Shown: in pieces, positions 48,981 to 56,729 of the stretch
Position numbering within the stretch: position 1 is the stretch's first letter
Layout of the letters: the number at the start of each line of letters is the position of its first letter
DNA from: a virus
DNA length: 64,000 nucleotides
Strand: one strand, 5' to 3'
Virus record (IMG/VR): IMGVR_UViG_3300025889_000075
Span: 91,132-155,131 of that record
The notes under the pieces: generated by a model
Database searches by the model: none
The model's input: only the letters and a program-made list of their open reading frames with translations
What the model was told of the DNA's origin: nothing
Translations under genes and position numbers: made by a program

Positions 48981-49791
48981 GGAAGTTTTCGGGACGACAA
49001 ATAATGCTGCCCAATTTGGTTACAATTGGGTAATGACAAATGTGTTGCCGCAACAAGCAGGTCTAAGAGTCAATGGCGTAATATATCAATATACCGCTGT
49101 TAAAGAAACTCAAGACGATATGCTCGTTCATGTACAAAACGAAAACGCCAGAGGTCCTGGTTATATTTTCCGCGAAACAGATGACTGGTCTGGACTACCA
49201 GGAAACACAATTAACAAACTTGTTCCTATAAATATGATTGATATTTCCTATTGGGGAAATGGTTCGATTGAGGTTGAAGGAACTGGCGCAGTAGAAGACG
49301 CGGAAGTAATTTATTCGTATCAATACGATCCATGTTTTGATCCGCAATCTGATCCAAATTGCCCAGGGTATGTCGATTTGTTTTCAATTGAGGTTATGAA
49401 TCCTGATATTACAGACCCTTTAGATGAAGAGTATGTACAGGCAGAACTTGATAGAAAAGCAAATATGAAAGCGCAGGAGGAAGAGGAAAGAGAAGAGGCA
49501 AGAAAAAAGGCATTAGCAAATAAAACTGTTGAAAAAAACTTAGAATCAATTCTTGGCATTGTCAAAGAACTTGATATGTTTTCTTCACAAGCATTGTTGC
49601 AACATGACTTACTCGTCAATTTAAATCTTCTGCCAAACTCTTATCAAGTTGCTTTAAAAGGTGGTGTTTATCCTGATGGACAAATGCCCCCAGATGGAAA
49701 ACTGCCGTCTAATAAAAATGGATTGAGACTAGGAATGGGAAGTCAAATACTTCATGATAAATTGGTTGAGTTACAGTATGAAAAGAAATAA
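48916..49791 (+). CDS. exported protein (beta-rich domain plus coiled coil)
   Basis: Signal peptide; DPCFDPQSDPNCPGY. Confidence 0.65.
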   Translation: MVLRRCLVALALLVCSSYSSSEEVFGTTNNAAQFGYNWVMTNVLPQQAGLRVNGVIYQYTAVKETQDDMLVHVQNENARGPGYIFRETDDWSGLPGNTINKLVPINMIDISYWGNGSIEVEGTGAVEDAEVIYSYQYDPCFDPQSDPNCPGYVDLFSIEVMNPDITDPLDEEYVQAELDRKANMKAQEEEEREEARKKALANKTVEKNLESILGIVKELDMFSSQALLQHDLLVNLNLLPNSYQVALKGGVYPDGQMPPDGKLPSNKNGLRLGMGSQILHDKLVELQYEKK

Positions 49792-49808
49792 CATTAAGAG
49801 GAAATTTT

Positions 49809-50306
49809 ATGTTTAAGAAAATAATTACTTTGACTCTACTTACATTATGTGTAAATGCCTTTGCTGAAGATATACCGATTAGAGGTAAAGTTGAATCAAA
49901 GTGCATTGTGACTCAAGACACTGCTGGTGTTTATGGTAACCCATTGCCTGAAGAATTGTCCACTGATCCTACCGACGGTGGTGTTGATCCAGTTGTTCGT
50001 TATGATGTAATTCAAGCAAGTTACTACAAAGCAAAGATTACACATCCTGTATCTTTCAATGACAGCCCAACGTTGTCTGACGTTGTAACATGGACAGGTT
50101 CTACCTCTGTTGATCAAGTATCTGATACTAACATGTCAGGATACGATACAAGCAAGGTTGAATACGATAATGTCACAGAGGTTGATTTGACGGTTGCTGG
50201 TAGCACTTGGTTTAAAGTCGAATCACAAGCAGACTATGGGTATGATAAAGCATTCCCAGCGGGTGATTATGAGGCAATTGTTACTGCAGAGTGCATTGCC
50301 CTTTAA
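49809..50306 (+). CDS. exported fimbrial-subunit-like protein
   Basis: Signal peptide (..NAFA); N-terminal I.G.V...C; C-terminal AGDYEAIVT. Confidence 0.5.
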   Translation: MFKKIITLTLLTLCVNAFAEDIPIRGKVESKCIVTQDTAGVYGNPLPEELSTDPTDGGVDPVVRYDVIQASYYKAKITHPVSFNDSPTLSDVVTWTGSTSVDQVSDTNMSGYDTSKVEYDNVTEVDLTVAGSTWFKVESQADYGYDKAFPAGDYEAIVTAECIAL

Positions 50307-50318
50307 AAAGAAAATTAT

Positions 50319-50687
50319 ATGCGTTATGTGTTTTTGATTTTATTGTTAGTAAGTGGGCGAGCAATCGCCCACGAATTTACACCAACGTATCCGGTTCTAG
50401 AACCTTCTTACGTTTCAGGTGTTGTTAAAGCAAGTATGAGATTGTTCAATAAAAGGAGCGAGATATCATACTATGAAGTTGAGGTTTTTGATTCAGAATG
50501 GAAAAATCAAAAGTTTGCGATGTTGGGTTCAAGGATTATACCGATTGCTTACTTAGAGACCAAGGAGTTTGATGTTTTCTTTCCTGAAAAAAATAACGTT
50601 ACATATATTTGTACAAGGTCTAGATTGCTCACAGAAGGTAAGACGCAGACAAGATTGAGTTCAAGGATATGTTCTAAAGTTAAATAA
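50319..50687 (+). CDS. exported Ig-like (PapD-like?) protein
   Basis: Signal peptide (..AIA); beta-strand pattern; C-terminal Cys pair. Confidence 0.45.
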   Translation: MRYVFLILLLVSGRAIAHEFTPTYPVLEPSYVSGVVKASMRLFNKRSEISYYEVEVFDSEWKNQKFAMLGSRIIPIAYLETKEFDVFFPEKNNVTYICTRSRLLTEGKTQTRLSSRICSKVK

Positions 50688-50689
50688 TT

Positions 50690-51139
50690 ATGAAACTATT
50701 TTTTGTTATTGTGTTACTGATGATGAGTTTTAAAGTAAGCGCCGAATCTAGTTCATTAAATTTGGCGCTACCTAATACAAATCAACCGTATTCATCTGAC
50801 AGAATACGAGCGGGCAACTTAGAATGTCAGAATGCGATAGGTGGATCGACCAATTTAGAATTTGGTGTTGTTGGTATTTTAAATCAAAATGGTCCATATA
50901 ATAATTACTATGATCCTACTTTTGAACTGCCAGGATATGATAGTAATGGGTTTGTTAGAGACGTTGGTGTATATGCTAAGATTACAGTTCCATTAAATGC
51001 ACCGAAGGAGCGTTTGAATTGTAATGCGCTCTACAAGTTGGAACTTGAGCGTAGAAGATTAGAGATACAAAAACTGAAAGAAGAAGTTGCAAATCTACGA
51101 AGATTGCAATTTGCTGATGAGGGTTCAGATGGCGGCTAA
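50690..51139 (+). CDS. exported protein with beta-hairpin and C-terminal coiled coil
   Basis: Signal peptide (..VSA); LEFGVVGI / VGVYAKITVPL flanked by a Cys pair. Confidence 0.6.
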   Translation: MKLFFVIVLLMMSFKVSAESSSLNLALPNTNQPYSSDRIRAGNLECQNAIGGSTNLEFGVVGILNQNGPYNNYYDPTFELPGYDSNGFVRDVGVYAKITVPLNAPKERLNCNALYKLELERRRLEIQKLKEEVANLRRLQFADEGSDGG

Positions 51140-51689
51140 GAAGAAAGTAAAAGAAAAAGATCTAGGCGATGCGCTAGACAACATTGAAGGTGAAGTTGAG
51201 AACTTAAAGAATACCAAACTCAAACTCTTTGGTATTACAATGACACCGACCACCATTGCTGCGGCACTTACGCTTGTTGGTTCTATTATTGGCACGATGT
51301 ATGCTGGGTTTGAATCATACAAAGCATTCCAAGAAATGGCAGAGAAATTAGAAGTTCTTGATATCGACGCAGTTGAAGCAAGAAACGTTGCCATTGAGAC
51401 AAAACTTAATGACGCAATTGATTACACACGCGACATTAAGAATAGTTTGAGAGACGACATTGTGCGAATCGAACGAGTAACCGAAAGCACTAGCACTCGT
51501 ATGAAAACGGTACAGGATGAAATCGATACACGTATGAGAAACCTTACCGATTTAAGTCGCGAATCGGAAAAGGATGTTCGTGATACAATGCGTGAAACCG
51601 AAGATCGTATTGAAAAGAAGATGGAAAAATTAGATAAGGATCTCAGAGACACGCTACAAAAAGCACTCGACAACCCACTATCGGATTAA
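51129..51689 (+). CDS. single-TM coiled-coil protein
   Basis: TM IAAALTLVGSIIGTMYAG followed by long heptad region. Confidence 0.65.
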   Translation: MAAKKKVKEKDLGDALDNIEGEVENLKNTKLKLFGITMTPTTIAAALTLVGSIIGTMYAGFESYKAFQEMAEKLEVLDIDAVEARNVAIETKLNDAIDYTRDIKNSLRDDIVRIERVTESTSTRMKTVQDEIDTRMRNLTDLSRESEKDVRDTMRETEDRIEKKMEKLDKDLRDTLQKALDNPLSD

Positions 51690-51694
51690 AATCT

Positions 51695-52018
51695 ATGAGA
51701 TATTTATTACTACTCTCACTCTTCCCGATGTCTGCATTCGCGGGTCCATACATCGAAATCAAATCAGAAGTCACCTACAAAGACTGGGCAGTTTCGGATC
51801 AAACCAATCACACAAGGTTTGGTTGGGAAAAGAAAACCCAGACCGGAAACAATGTCTACTTTGAAGCAGGTCATATGACTGGGGGTTATTCTTGGGAAGC
51901 AGGATACAAGACCCGATTGTCCGATAACCTCGTTGTCAAAGGAAAACTCGAAACCAAGGGAGAGAGTGGTTTCAAACCAAAACCCAAATTAGAGACCGAA
52001 ATTAGATATACTTGGTAA
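51695..52018 (+). CDS. small exported outer-membrane beta-strand protein
   Basis: Signal peptide (..AFA), alternating strands, C-terminal IRYTW. Confidence 0.55.
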   Translation: MRYLLLLSLFPMSAFAGPYIEIKSEVTYKDWAVSDQTNHTRFGWEKKTQTGNNVYFEAGHMTGGYSWEAGYKTRLSDNLVVKGKLETKGESGFKPKPKLETEIRYTW

Positions 52019-52028
52019 TCCCTTTTAA

Positions 52029-52074
52029 AATCAATGACTTGCCGCTTTACTTTTTTATGGTTTTAGTTCATAAT
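52029..52074 (+). promoter_or_regulatory. early promoter with IHF-consensus box (repeat copy)
   Basis: AATCAAtgacTTG-N4-TTTACT-N17-CATAAT. Confidence 0.8.
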
Positions 52075-52101
52075 TGTCTTATCTTTTAAGGAATATGAAT
52101 T

Positions 52102-52317
52102 ATGACTAATTTTTTCCCCGCTAAAACTTTAATCGCTTTTGACCGCGTCGCTGGTTATAATGACGCGGTCGCTGATATTCGTGAAGGTTGGGTTGAAACG
52201 TTTGACCCTGAATTTAATCGTAATAATTTAGTGAAAATGATGGGCGCTTCTGACGCTTATATTGAAGGCTACTTAAAAGCTCTTGAAAAAAACGGTGAGT
52301 TGGAAATCTGTAATTAA
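52102..52317 (+). CDS. early hypothetical protein (CA-free coding sequence)
   Basis: RBS AAGGA; lies between promoter repeats. Confidence 0.65.
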   Translation: MTNFFPAKTLIAFDRVAGYNDAVADIREGWVETFDPEFNRNNLVKMMGASDAYIEGYLKALEKNGELEICN

Positions 52318-52362
52318 ATCAATGACTTGCCACTTTACTTTTTTATGGTTTTAGTTCATAAT
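52317..52362 (+). promoter_or_regulatory. early promoter with IHF-consensus box (repeat copy)
   Basis: Near-identical to 52029 and 52809 copies. Confidence 0.8.
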
Positions 52363-52397
52363 TGTTTTTGTGTTTATGTTAAACGTAAGGAAAAAAA

Positions 52398-52796
52398 ATG
52401 ATCAACCCTAAAGTTAACCCAGATTTTCCGAATTATAAACTTTATCCAACTACCGGTAAGGTTCAAAATATAACCACTGGCAGGTTTTTAAAATTGCCTA
52501 CTAAAACGTATGGGCAATGTCCATATCCAAAGATCCGCGTAACCAACAAAAAAGGTGAGCGGAAAACACTGACGTTGCATCGTTTATTCGCTGAGACGTT
52601 TTGTAAAAAACCAAAACATCCTGAAATAACAAAAAAGGTTTGGCGTTCTTTGCCGTTAGAAGTTCGGAAGATACTTCAAAAAGATATGCAGGTCGATCAT
52701 ATCAAAAGAAATCATTTTAATTGGAAACCAAGCAATTTGCGTTGGGTAACTGGCGAAGCAAATCGTAGATACTATCAAGAAGGGCAATCTAAGTAA
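52398..52796 (+). CDS. HNH homing endonuclease-like protein
   Basis: LHRLFAETF, VDHI.RN..N...SNLRWVT...N. Confidence 0.8.
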   Translation: MINPKVNPDFPNYKLYPTTGKVQNITTGRFLKLPTKTYGQCPYPKIRVTNKKGERKTLTLHRLFAETFCKKPKHPEITKKVWRSLPLEVRKILQKDMQVDHIKRNHFNWKPSNLRWVTGEANRRYYQEGQSK

Positions 52797-52808
52797 ATTC
52801 TTGTTTAA

Positions 52809-52854
52809 AATCAATGACTTGCCACTTTACTTTTTTATGGTTTTAGTTCATAAT
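52809..52854 (+). promoter_or_regulatory. early promoter with IHF-consensus box (repeat copy)
   Basis: AATCAAtgacTTG-N4-TTTACT-N17-CATAAT. Confidence 0.8.
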
Positions 52855-52883
52855 TGTCTTATAAATTGAAATAAGGAATAAGT

Positions 52884-53153
52884 ATGAAAAAAGTGATTGA
52901 CTACGTTTGTATCGGTAATGGCGCTATTCGTCTTTATGCTAATGACGTCTGCGTTGGGTTGAGCAATTCAGCTCCTGCTCTCGCGGATCTCATTCGACGC
53001 TTTAACGCTGACGCTGGTCCTGCTTGGAAAATCATGGCATCTTCGCTCTTTATTGAAGCGATCGCTGGTTGTGACTCTTCTGCCCAAGAGGGTGGTTTCG
53101 CGACTGGTAAAGAAGTTGCTGATCTTTGGAAGGAGGTTTGTGATTATGTCTAA
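52884..53153 (+). CDS. early hypothetical protein
   Basis: AAGGA RBS after promoter. Confidence 0.6.
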   Translation: MKKVIDYVCIGNGAIRLYANDVCVGLSNSAPALADLIRRFNADAGPAWKIMASSLFIEAIAGCDSSAQEGGFATGKEVADLWKEVCDYV

Positions 53154-53316
53154 GATCGGCACTGTCAATCTAGCAGTTTTAGATATGTGGGAGCAAGGTT
53201 ATTTCTACACTGATATCATTGAAGAAGTTGCCTTCGACTACAACTGTTCTAAACAGTTTGTTGCAAAAATTTTGGATAACATCATAATGGAGAATGCGAA
53301 TGGCGCATCTAGTTGA
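53146..53316 (+). CDS. hypothetical protein
   Basis: AGGAGG RBS, ATG at 53146. Confidence 0.55.
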   Translation: MSKIGTVNLAVLDMWEQGYFYTDIIEEVAFDYNCSKQFVAKILDNIIMENANGASS

Positions 53317-54244
53317 AACAATGGCGTATGCTGGTCAAGTACCTTGGCATGGACTCGGCGAGCGAGTCTCAAATGATCTCTCACCAATGCAGATGATGCA
53401 GAAAGCGAGAGTCGATTGGTCAGTCACCAAAGAAAATATGTACATTCTTGACGGAATTAGTGTTCCGAGCAAGAAAGCATTGCTTCGGGGTGGTGACAAC
53501 AAAGTTCTCGATATCGTCGGAGACGATTGGGAACCAGTACAAAACGAGGAAGCATTTAACTTCTTCAATGAGTACTGCGCAGCAGGTGACATGGAAATGC
53601 ACACTGCTGGATCGTTGATGGATGGCAAGATCGTTTGGGTTCTTGCTAAGATCAAGGAGTCGTTTGATGTTCTACCTGGAGATCAGGTCGACAACTTCCT
53701 CTTGTTCACAAACCCCCATCGTTACGGTCAATCTTTGAATGTTCGAATGACTCCGATTCGTGTTGTTTGCAATAACACGCTACAGATGTCTTTGTCGAGC
53801 AAGTCAAAGAATGAAGTCTCCTTGAACCATCGTCGAACCTTCGACGCTGATTTGGTCAAACAACAACTGGGCATTGCTCATCAGAAGTTTGATCAATACA
53901 AGGAATTCGCTCAGTTCCTCGCGAACAAGAAAGCGAAGTCTGCTGATGTAATTCAGTTCGTCAACAAAGTCTTCCCTCACTCTAATACCAAGGGTCGGGA
54001 TGTTAAAGACTATGAAGACCTTTCCCCTTCAGCGAAGCGTGCTATGGATGCACGTCAATCGCAACCTGGTGCAGAATATGCCGAAGGCACTTGGTGGAAT
54101 GCGCTCAACGCAGTCACCTACCTTGTTGATCACGAACTCGGTCGTAGCGACGACACGAGAATTACCTCAGCGTGGTATGGTTATAACGCGAAGCGTAAAC
54201 TAATCGCTGTCAACACCGCCATCGAAATGGCAGAGGCAGCATAA
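53300..54244 (+). CDS. DUF932-family phage/plasmid protein
   Basis: MAH.VETMAY...PWHGLG, VQNEEAF.FF, TPIRVVCNNTL, GTWW...NAVT...DH. Confidence 0.85.
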   Translation: MAHLVETMAYAGQVPWHGLGERVSNDLSPMQMMQKARVDWSVTKENMYILDGISVPSKKALLRGGDNKVLDIVGDDWEPVQNEEAFNFFNEYCAAGDMEMHTAGSLMDGKIVWVLAKIKESFDVLPGDQVDNFLLFTNPHRYGQSLNVRMTPIRVVCNNTLQMSLSSKSKNEVSLNHRRTFDADLVKQQLGIAHQKFDQYKEFAQFLANKKAKSADVIQFVNKVFPHSNTKGRDVKDYEDLSPSAKRAMDARQSQPGAEYAEGTWWNALNAVTYLVDHELGRSDDTRITSAWYGYNAKRKLIAVNTAIEMAEAA

Positions 54245-54624
54245 TGTATCATAACCATAAACAAATCCCTACGCATTACCGTAGGTTAATCCTAGAAGAA
54301 ACTGGTCTCAAACGTGTAAGCAAGGTGCCTCTGCACGTTTGTAATCAAATCATCGAAGATATCCTCGAAGAGGAGATGGAGAACGAGTCGCTCAAGCACT
54401 ATCAAGTCGAGTACTACAAAGAGGGTCAATTCGGTTCTGTGGACGTCGTAGGACGTCAACAGGCATTGATCGAAGTTGACCGGATAATGGAGTTCGGCGA
54501 TTACAATGACCCGTCACTGGTCATTGCAGTTCGTCAGGCGAAGCGTTTGATCCAGGGTTTCATTAAGGGACAATGGATCTATCCAGAACCGCGTGATAAA
54601 TTATTAGTAAAATCAACGAGTTAA
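54244..54624 (+). CDS. hypothetical protein
   Basis: TAATG-coupled ORF. Confidence 0.55.
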   Translation: MYHNHKQIPTHYRRLILEETGLKRVSKVPLHVCNQIIEDILEEEMENESLKHYQVEYYKEGQFGSVDVVGRQQALIEVDRIMEFGDYNDPSLVIAVRQAKRLIQGFIKGQWIYPEPRDKLLVKSTS

Positions 54625-54656
54625 AACTTGACTTTTTGGTTAACAAACAGTAGAAT
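54611..54656 (+). promoter_or_regulatory. sigma70 promoter with IHF-consensus box
   Basis: AATCAAcgagTTA-N4-TTGACT-N17-TAGAAT. Confidence 0.75.
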
Positions 54657-54662
54657 ATTCGT

Positions 54663-55103
54663 ATGATTAAATTACTAATGACAGGTAGTTGCCCTCAGTT
54701 TTCTCGGATGGAAGATTTCGCTTGTGATGTAATCAATCACTTCTTTCCGCGAGACCTAAAGAGAAATATTGTTATTGGAGTTGACTTTCTGAAAAATTTA
54801 GAGGATAATGATGCAGGTCAGTGTGTTGATTATGGCGTAATGGATAACGACAGACTGATTCACATATCTCTGTCCAAGCGATTTATCGCTGACGACGAGA
54901 ACTTTGCCTACTCGGCAAAGGAAATTGCCACTACGTTGGCGCATGAATTGGTACACGCTAAACAATGGATCCGTAACGAACTGAGTAATAAACTGCTCAA
55001 CGCTACGCTTAAATCATCGATGACGGAGGATTATTACCACCGTCTTCCTTGGGAAGCTGAAGCATTCGATTTACAGGATTTTCTTGTTGACTTGTACTGG
55101 TAA
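54663..55103 (+). CDS. putative zinc metallopeptidase
   Basis: TLAHELVHAKQW (HExxH), PWEAEA. Confidence 0.7.
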   Translation: MIKLLMTGSCPQFSRMEDFACDVINHFFPRDLKRNIVIGVDFLKNLEDNDAGQCVDYGVMDNDRLIHISLSKRFIADDENFAYSAKEIATTLAHELVHAKQWIRNELSNKLLNATLKSSMTEDYYHRLPWEAEAFDLQDFLVDLYW

Positions 55104-55128
55104 CTTTACTATGAAAAGGAGGGACGTA

Positions 55129-55380
55129 ATGTCTCAAGTAACTCGCGTTTTGAACGCACTCATGGATGGTCAAGAATTGACTGCAAAGCAAATCTCTGCT
55201 CGTTTCGGTGCTGGTAACCCTCGTGCAGTAATCCAAAACATTCGTTTCGCAGGATATCCTGTATATCTTAACAAGCGAACAAACACTAAGGGTCAAACCA
55301 AAGGTTTCTACCGTCTTGGTACTCCTTCTAAGTCTGTAATCGCTGCTGGTTACAAAGCACTCGCTGCTTCCGCAGTATAA
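55129..55380 (+). CDS. winged-helix DNA-binding protein
   Basis: LTAKQISARF...NPRAVI..IR...YRLG; AGGAGG RBS. Confidence 0.65.
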   Translation: MSQVTRVLNALMDGQELTAKQISARFGAGNPRAVIQNIRFAGYPVYLNKRTNTKGQTKGFYRLGTPSKSVIAAGYKALAASAV

Positions 55381-55388
55381 AACAAAAC

Positions 55389-55415
55389 GGGGGAGGCAAC
55401 TCCCCCACTTTTTTT
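55389..55415 (+). terminator. rho-independent terminator
   Basis: GGGGGAG-GCAA-CTCCCCC followed by T7. Confidence 0.88.
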
Positions 55416-55652
55416 ATGACCGAAATGACTCATGAACAAATCGTTACTGTTATTCTCGAAGATTGTACCGAAATACAACTCGCGAATTTTGCTGATGATT
55501 TCCTTGATGATCTTTGGTTCTTAAAAAATAGAGGACGCAAAGACATTATTCAGAAACTCGCTCATGTTGCTGTAGATTTATGGCAGTGGTCGGAAGAAGA
55601 AGTTGACTTTGCTACCTTTTCTCGAGAGTTTTTTGGTTTCACTACACATTGA
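55416..55652 (+). CDS. hypothetical protein
   Basis: ORF. Confidence 0.45.
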   Translation: MTEMTHEQIVTVILEDCTEIQLANFADDFLDDLWFLKNRGRKDIIQKLAHVAVDLWQWSEEEVDFATFSREFFGFTTH

Positions 55653-56020
55653 TAAGTACGGAAATTGCTATGACTGCTATGAACTTACCGCCGTTTAGTC
55701 AACCAAAACTCAACCTCGTTCTCATTGAGAACACTTTTTCCCGAAGGAACTCAATAGTAGTCGATGCTATCGACTACTTTCCTGAGGGAGGACTTCTTTA
55801 TATCTGGGAAGACATTAAAGAAAGAGCACTCTCTTTAATTCATAAGAGAGACAAAGACGACTATCGTGTTGATCTTGATCGCAATCTAGAAGGTTTTCCC
55901 ACTGCAACTTTTTGGAAAAGAGGATATCGTCATCCTGTCGCCAGACTTTATGTTACTAAAAAATCGCCTGAGGTTTCGGTTAATGATGAAACATACGAGT
56001 CTGTTGTTGGTCGATTTTAA
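55649..56020 (+). CDS. hypothetical protein
   Basis: ORF; start may be ATG at 55670. Confidence 0.5.
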   Translation: MISTEIAMTAMNLPPFSQPKLNLVLIENTFSRRNSIVVDAIDYFPEGGLLYIWEDIKERALSLIHKRDKDDYRVDLDRNLEGFPTATFWKRGYRHPVARLYVTKKSPEVSVNDETYESVVGRF

Positions 56021-56045
56021 TAAATAGCATCAGGGGGATTAACTT

Positions 56046-56390
56046 ATGATCAAGAAACTATTAATCGGTCTCGTCATTATTTTGTTTGCTGTTGACGCAT
56101 ATGGTCATCGTGATGTTGTTGGGCAACTTCGTCAATTAGAAAATGCGGTTCCAAGCGAATGTCCACTTTGTCTTTGTGTTCGCGAAAAAGAAAATGGTAT
56201 GATTGAAAGAACTACCGGAAAGGTCTTTGGTTCAACAGAAGGTGCTGTTGGAGCAGTGATTGGCGGTGTTATTGGTAAAGAAGTTTTTGACCATGATGTT
56301 GGTACTGCCGTAGGGGTCATCGTTGGCAATAAGATTGGCAACAAAATGACAAAAGAGAAAATAAAATGCTATGAGGTGGTGGAGAGTTAA
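56046..56390 (+). CDS. glycine-zipper 2TM exported protein
   Basis: Signal peptide; GAVGAVIGGVIG...TAVGVIVGNKIG; late-promoter variant at 56019. Confidence 0.7.
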   Translation: MIKKLLIGLVIILFAVDAYGHRDVVGQLRQLENAVPSECPLCLCVREKENGMIERTTGKVFGSTEGAVGAVIGGVIGKEVFDHDVGTAVGVIVGNKIGNKMTKEKIKCYEVVES

Positions 56391-56543
56391 ATGCACGTAC
56401 ATCGTTTGAAGAGAATAACTTTTGCTTATGAAAGATCTTGGAAAGATTTTGGCGAGTTTCATCTAACACCAGGAATTACCATTTCCAAAGAAGAAATCAT
56501 GATATCATTTTTGCTATGGAAGGTTTCTGTTTTTATTAATTAA

Positions 56544-56729
56544 ATGGTAATAAAATTCGATTTTGTAGAATCCCCTTGCGTCAATGTTTGTACGATGCAG
56601 GGGGATTTTTGCATTGGATGCAAGAGAACTTTAGATGAAATAGGGAAATGGTTTGAAATCACGCCAGAAGAAAAGCGAGAGATTATAAATAGTATAAAGC
56701 AAAGAACTCTCGATCATGGCAAACCTTAA
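56544..56729 (+). CDS. DUF1289-like Cys4 protein
   Basis: SPCVNVC...CIGCKRTLDEI..W. Confidence 0.8.
   Translation: MVIKFDFVESPCVNVCTMQGDFCIGCKRTLDEIGKWFEITPEEKREIINSIKQRTLDHGKP
56684..56691 (+). promoter_or_regulatory. T4-type late promoter
   Basis: TATAAATA. Confidence 0.7.

Noticed and set aside
46253-52860. Repeated ~50-nt sequence as a CRISPR array or att sites
   Set aside because: Copies are separated by whole genes at irregular distances and contain -35/-10 boxes; no cas or integrase gene is present
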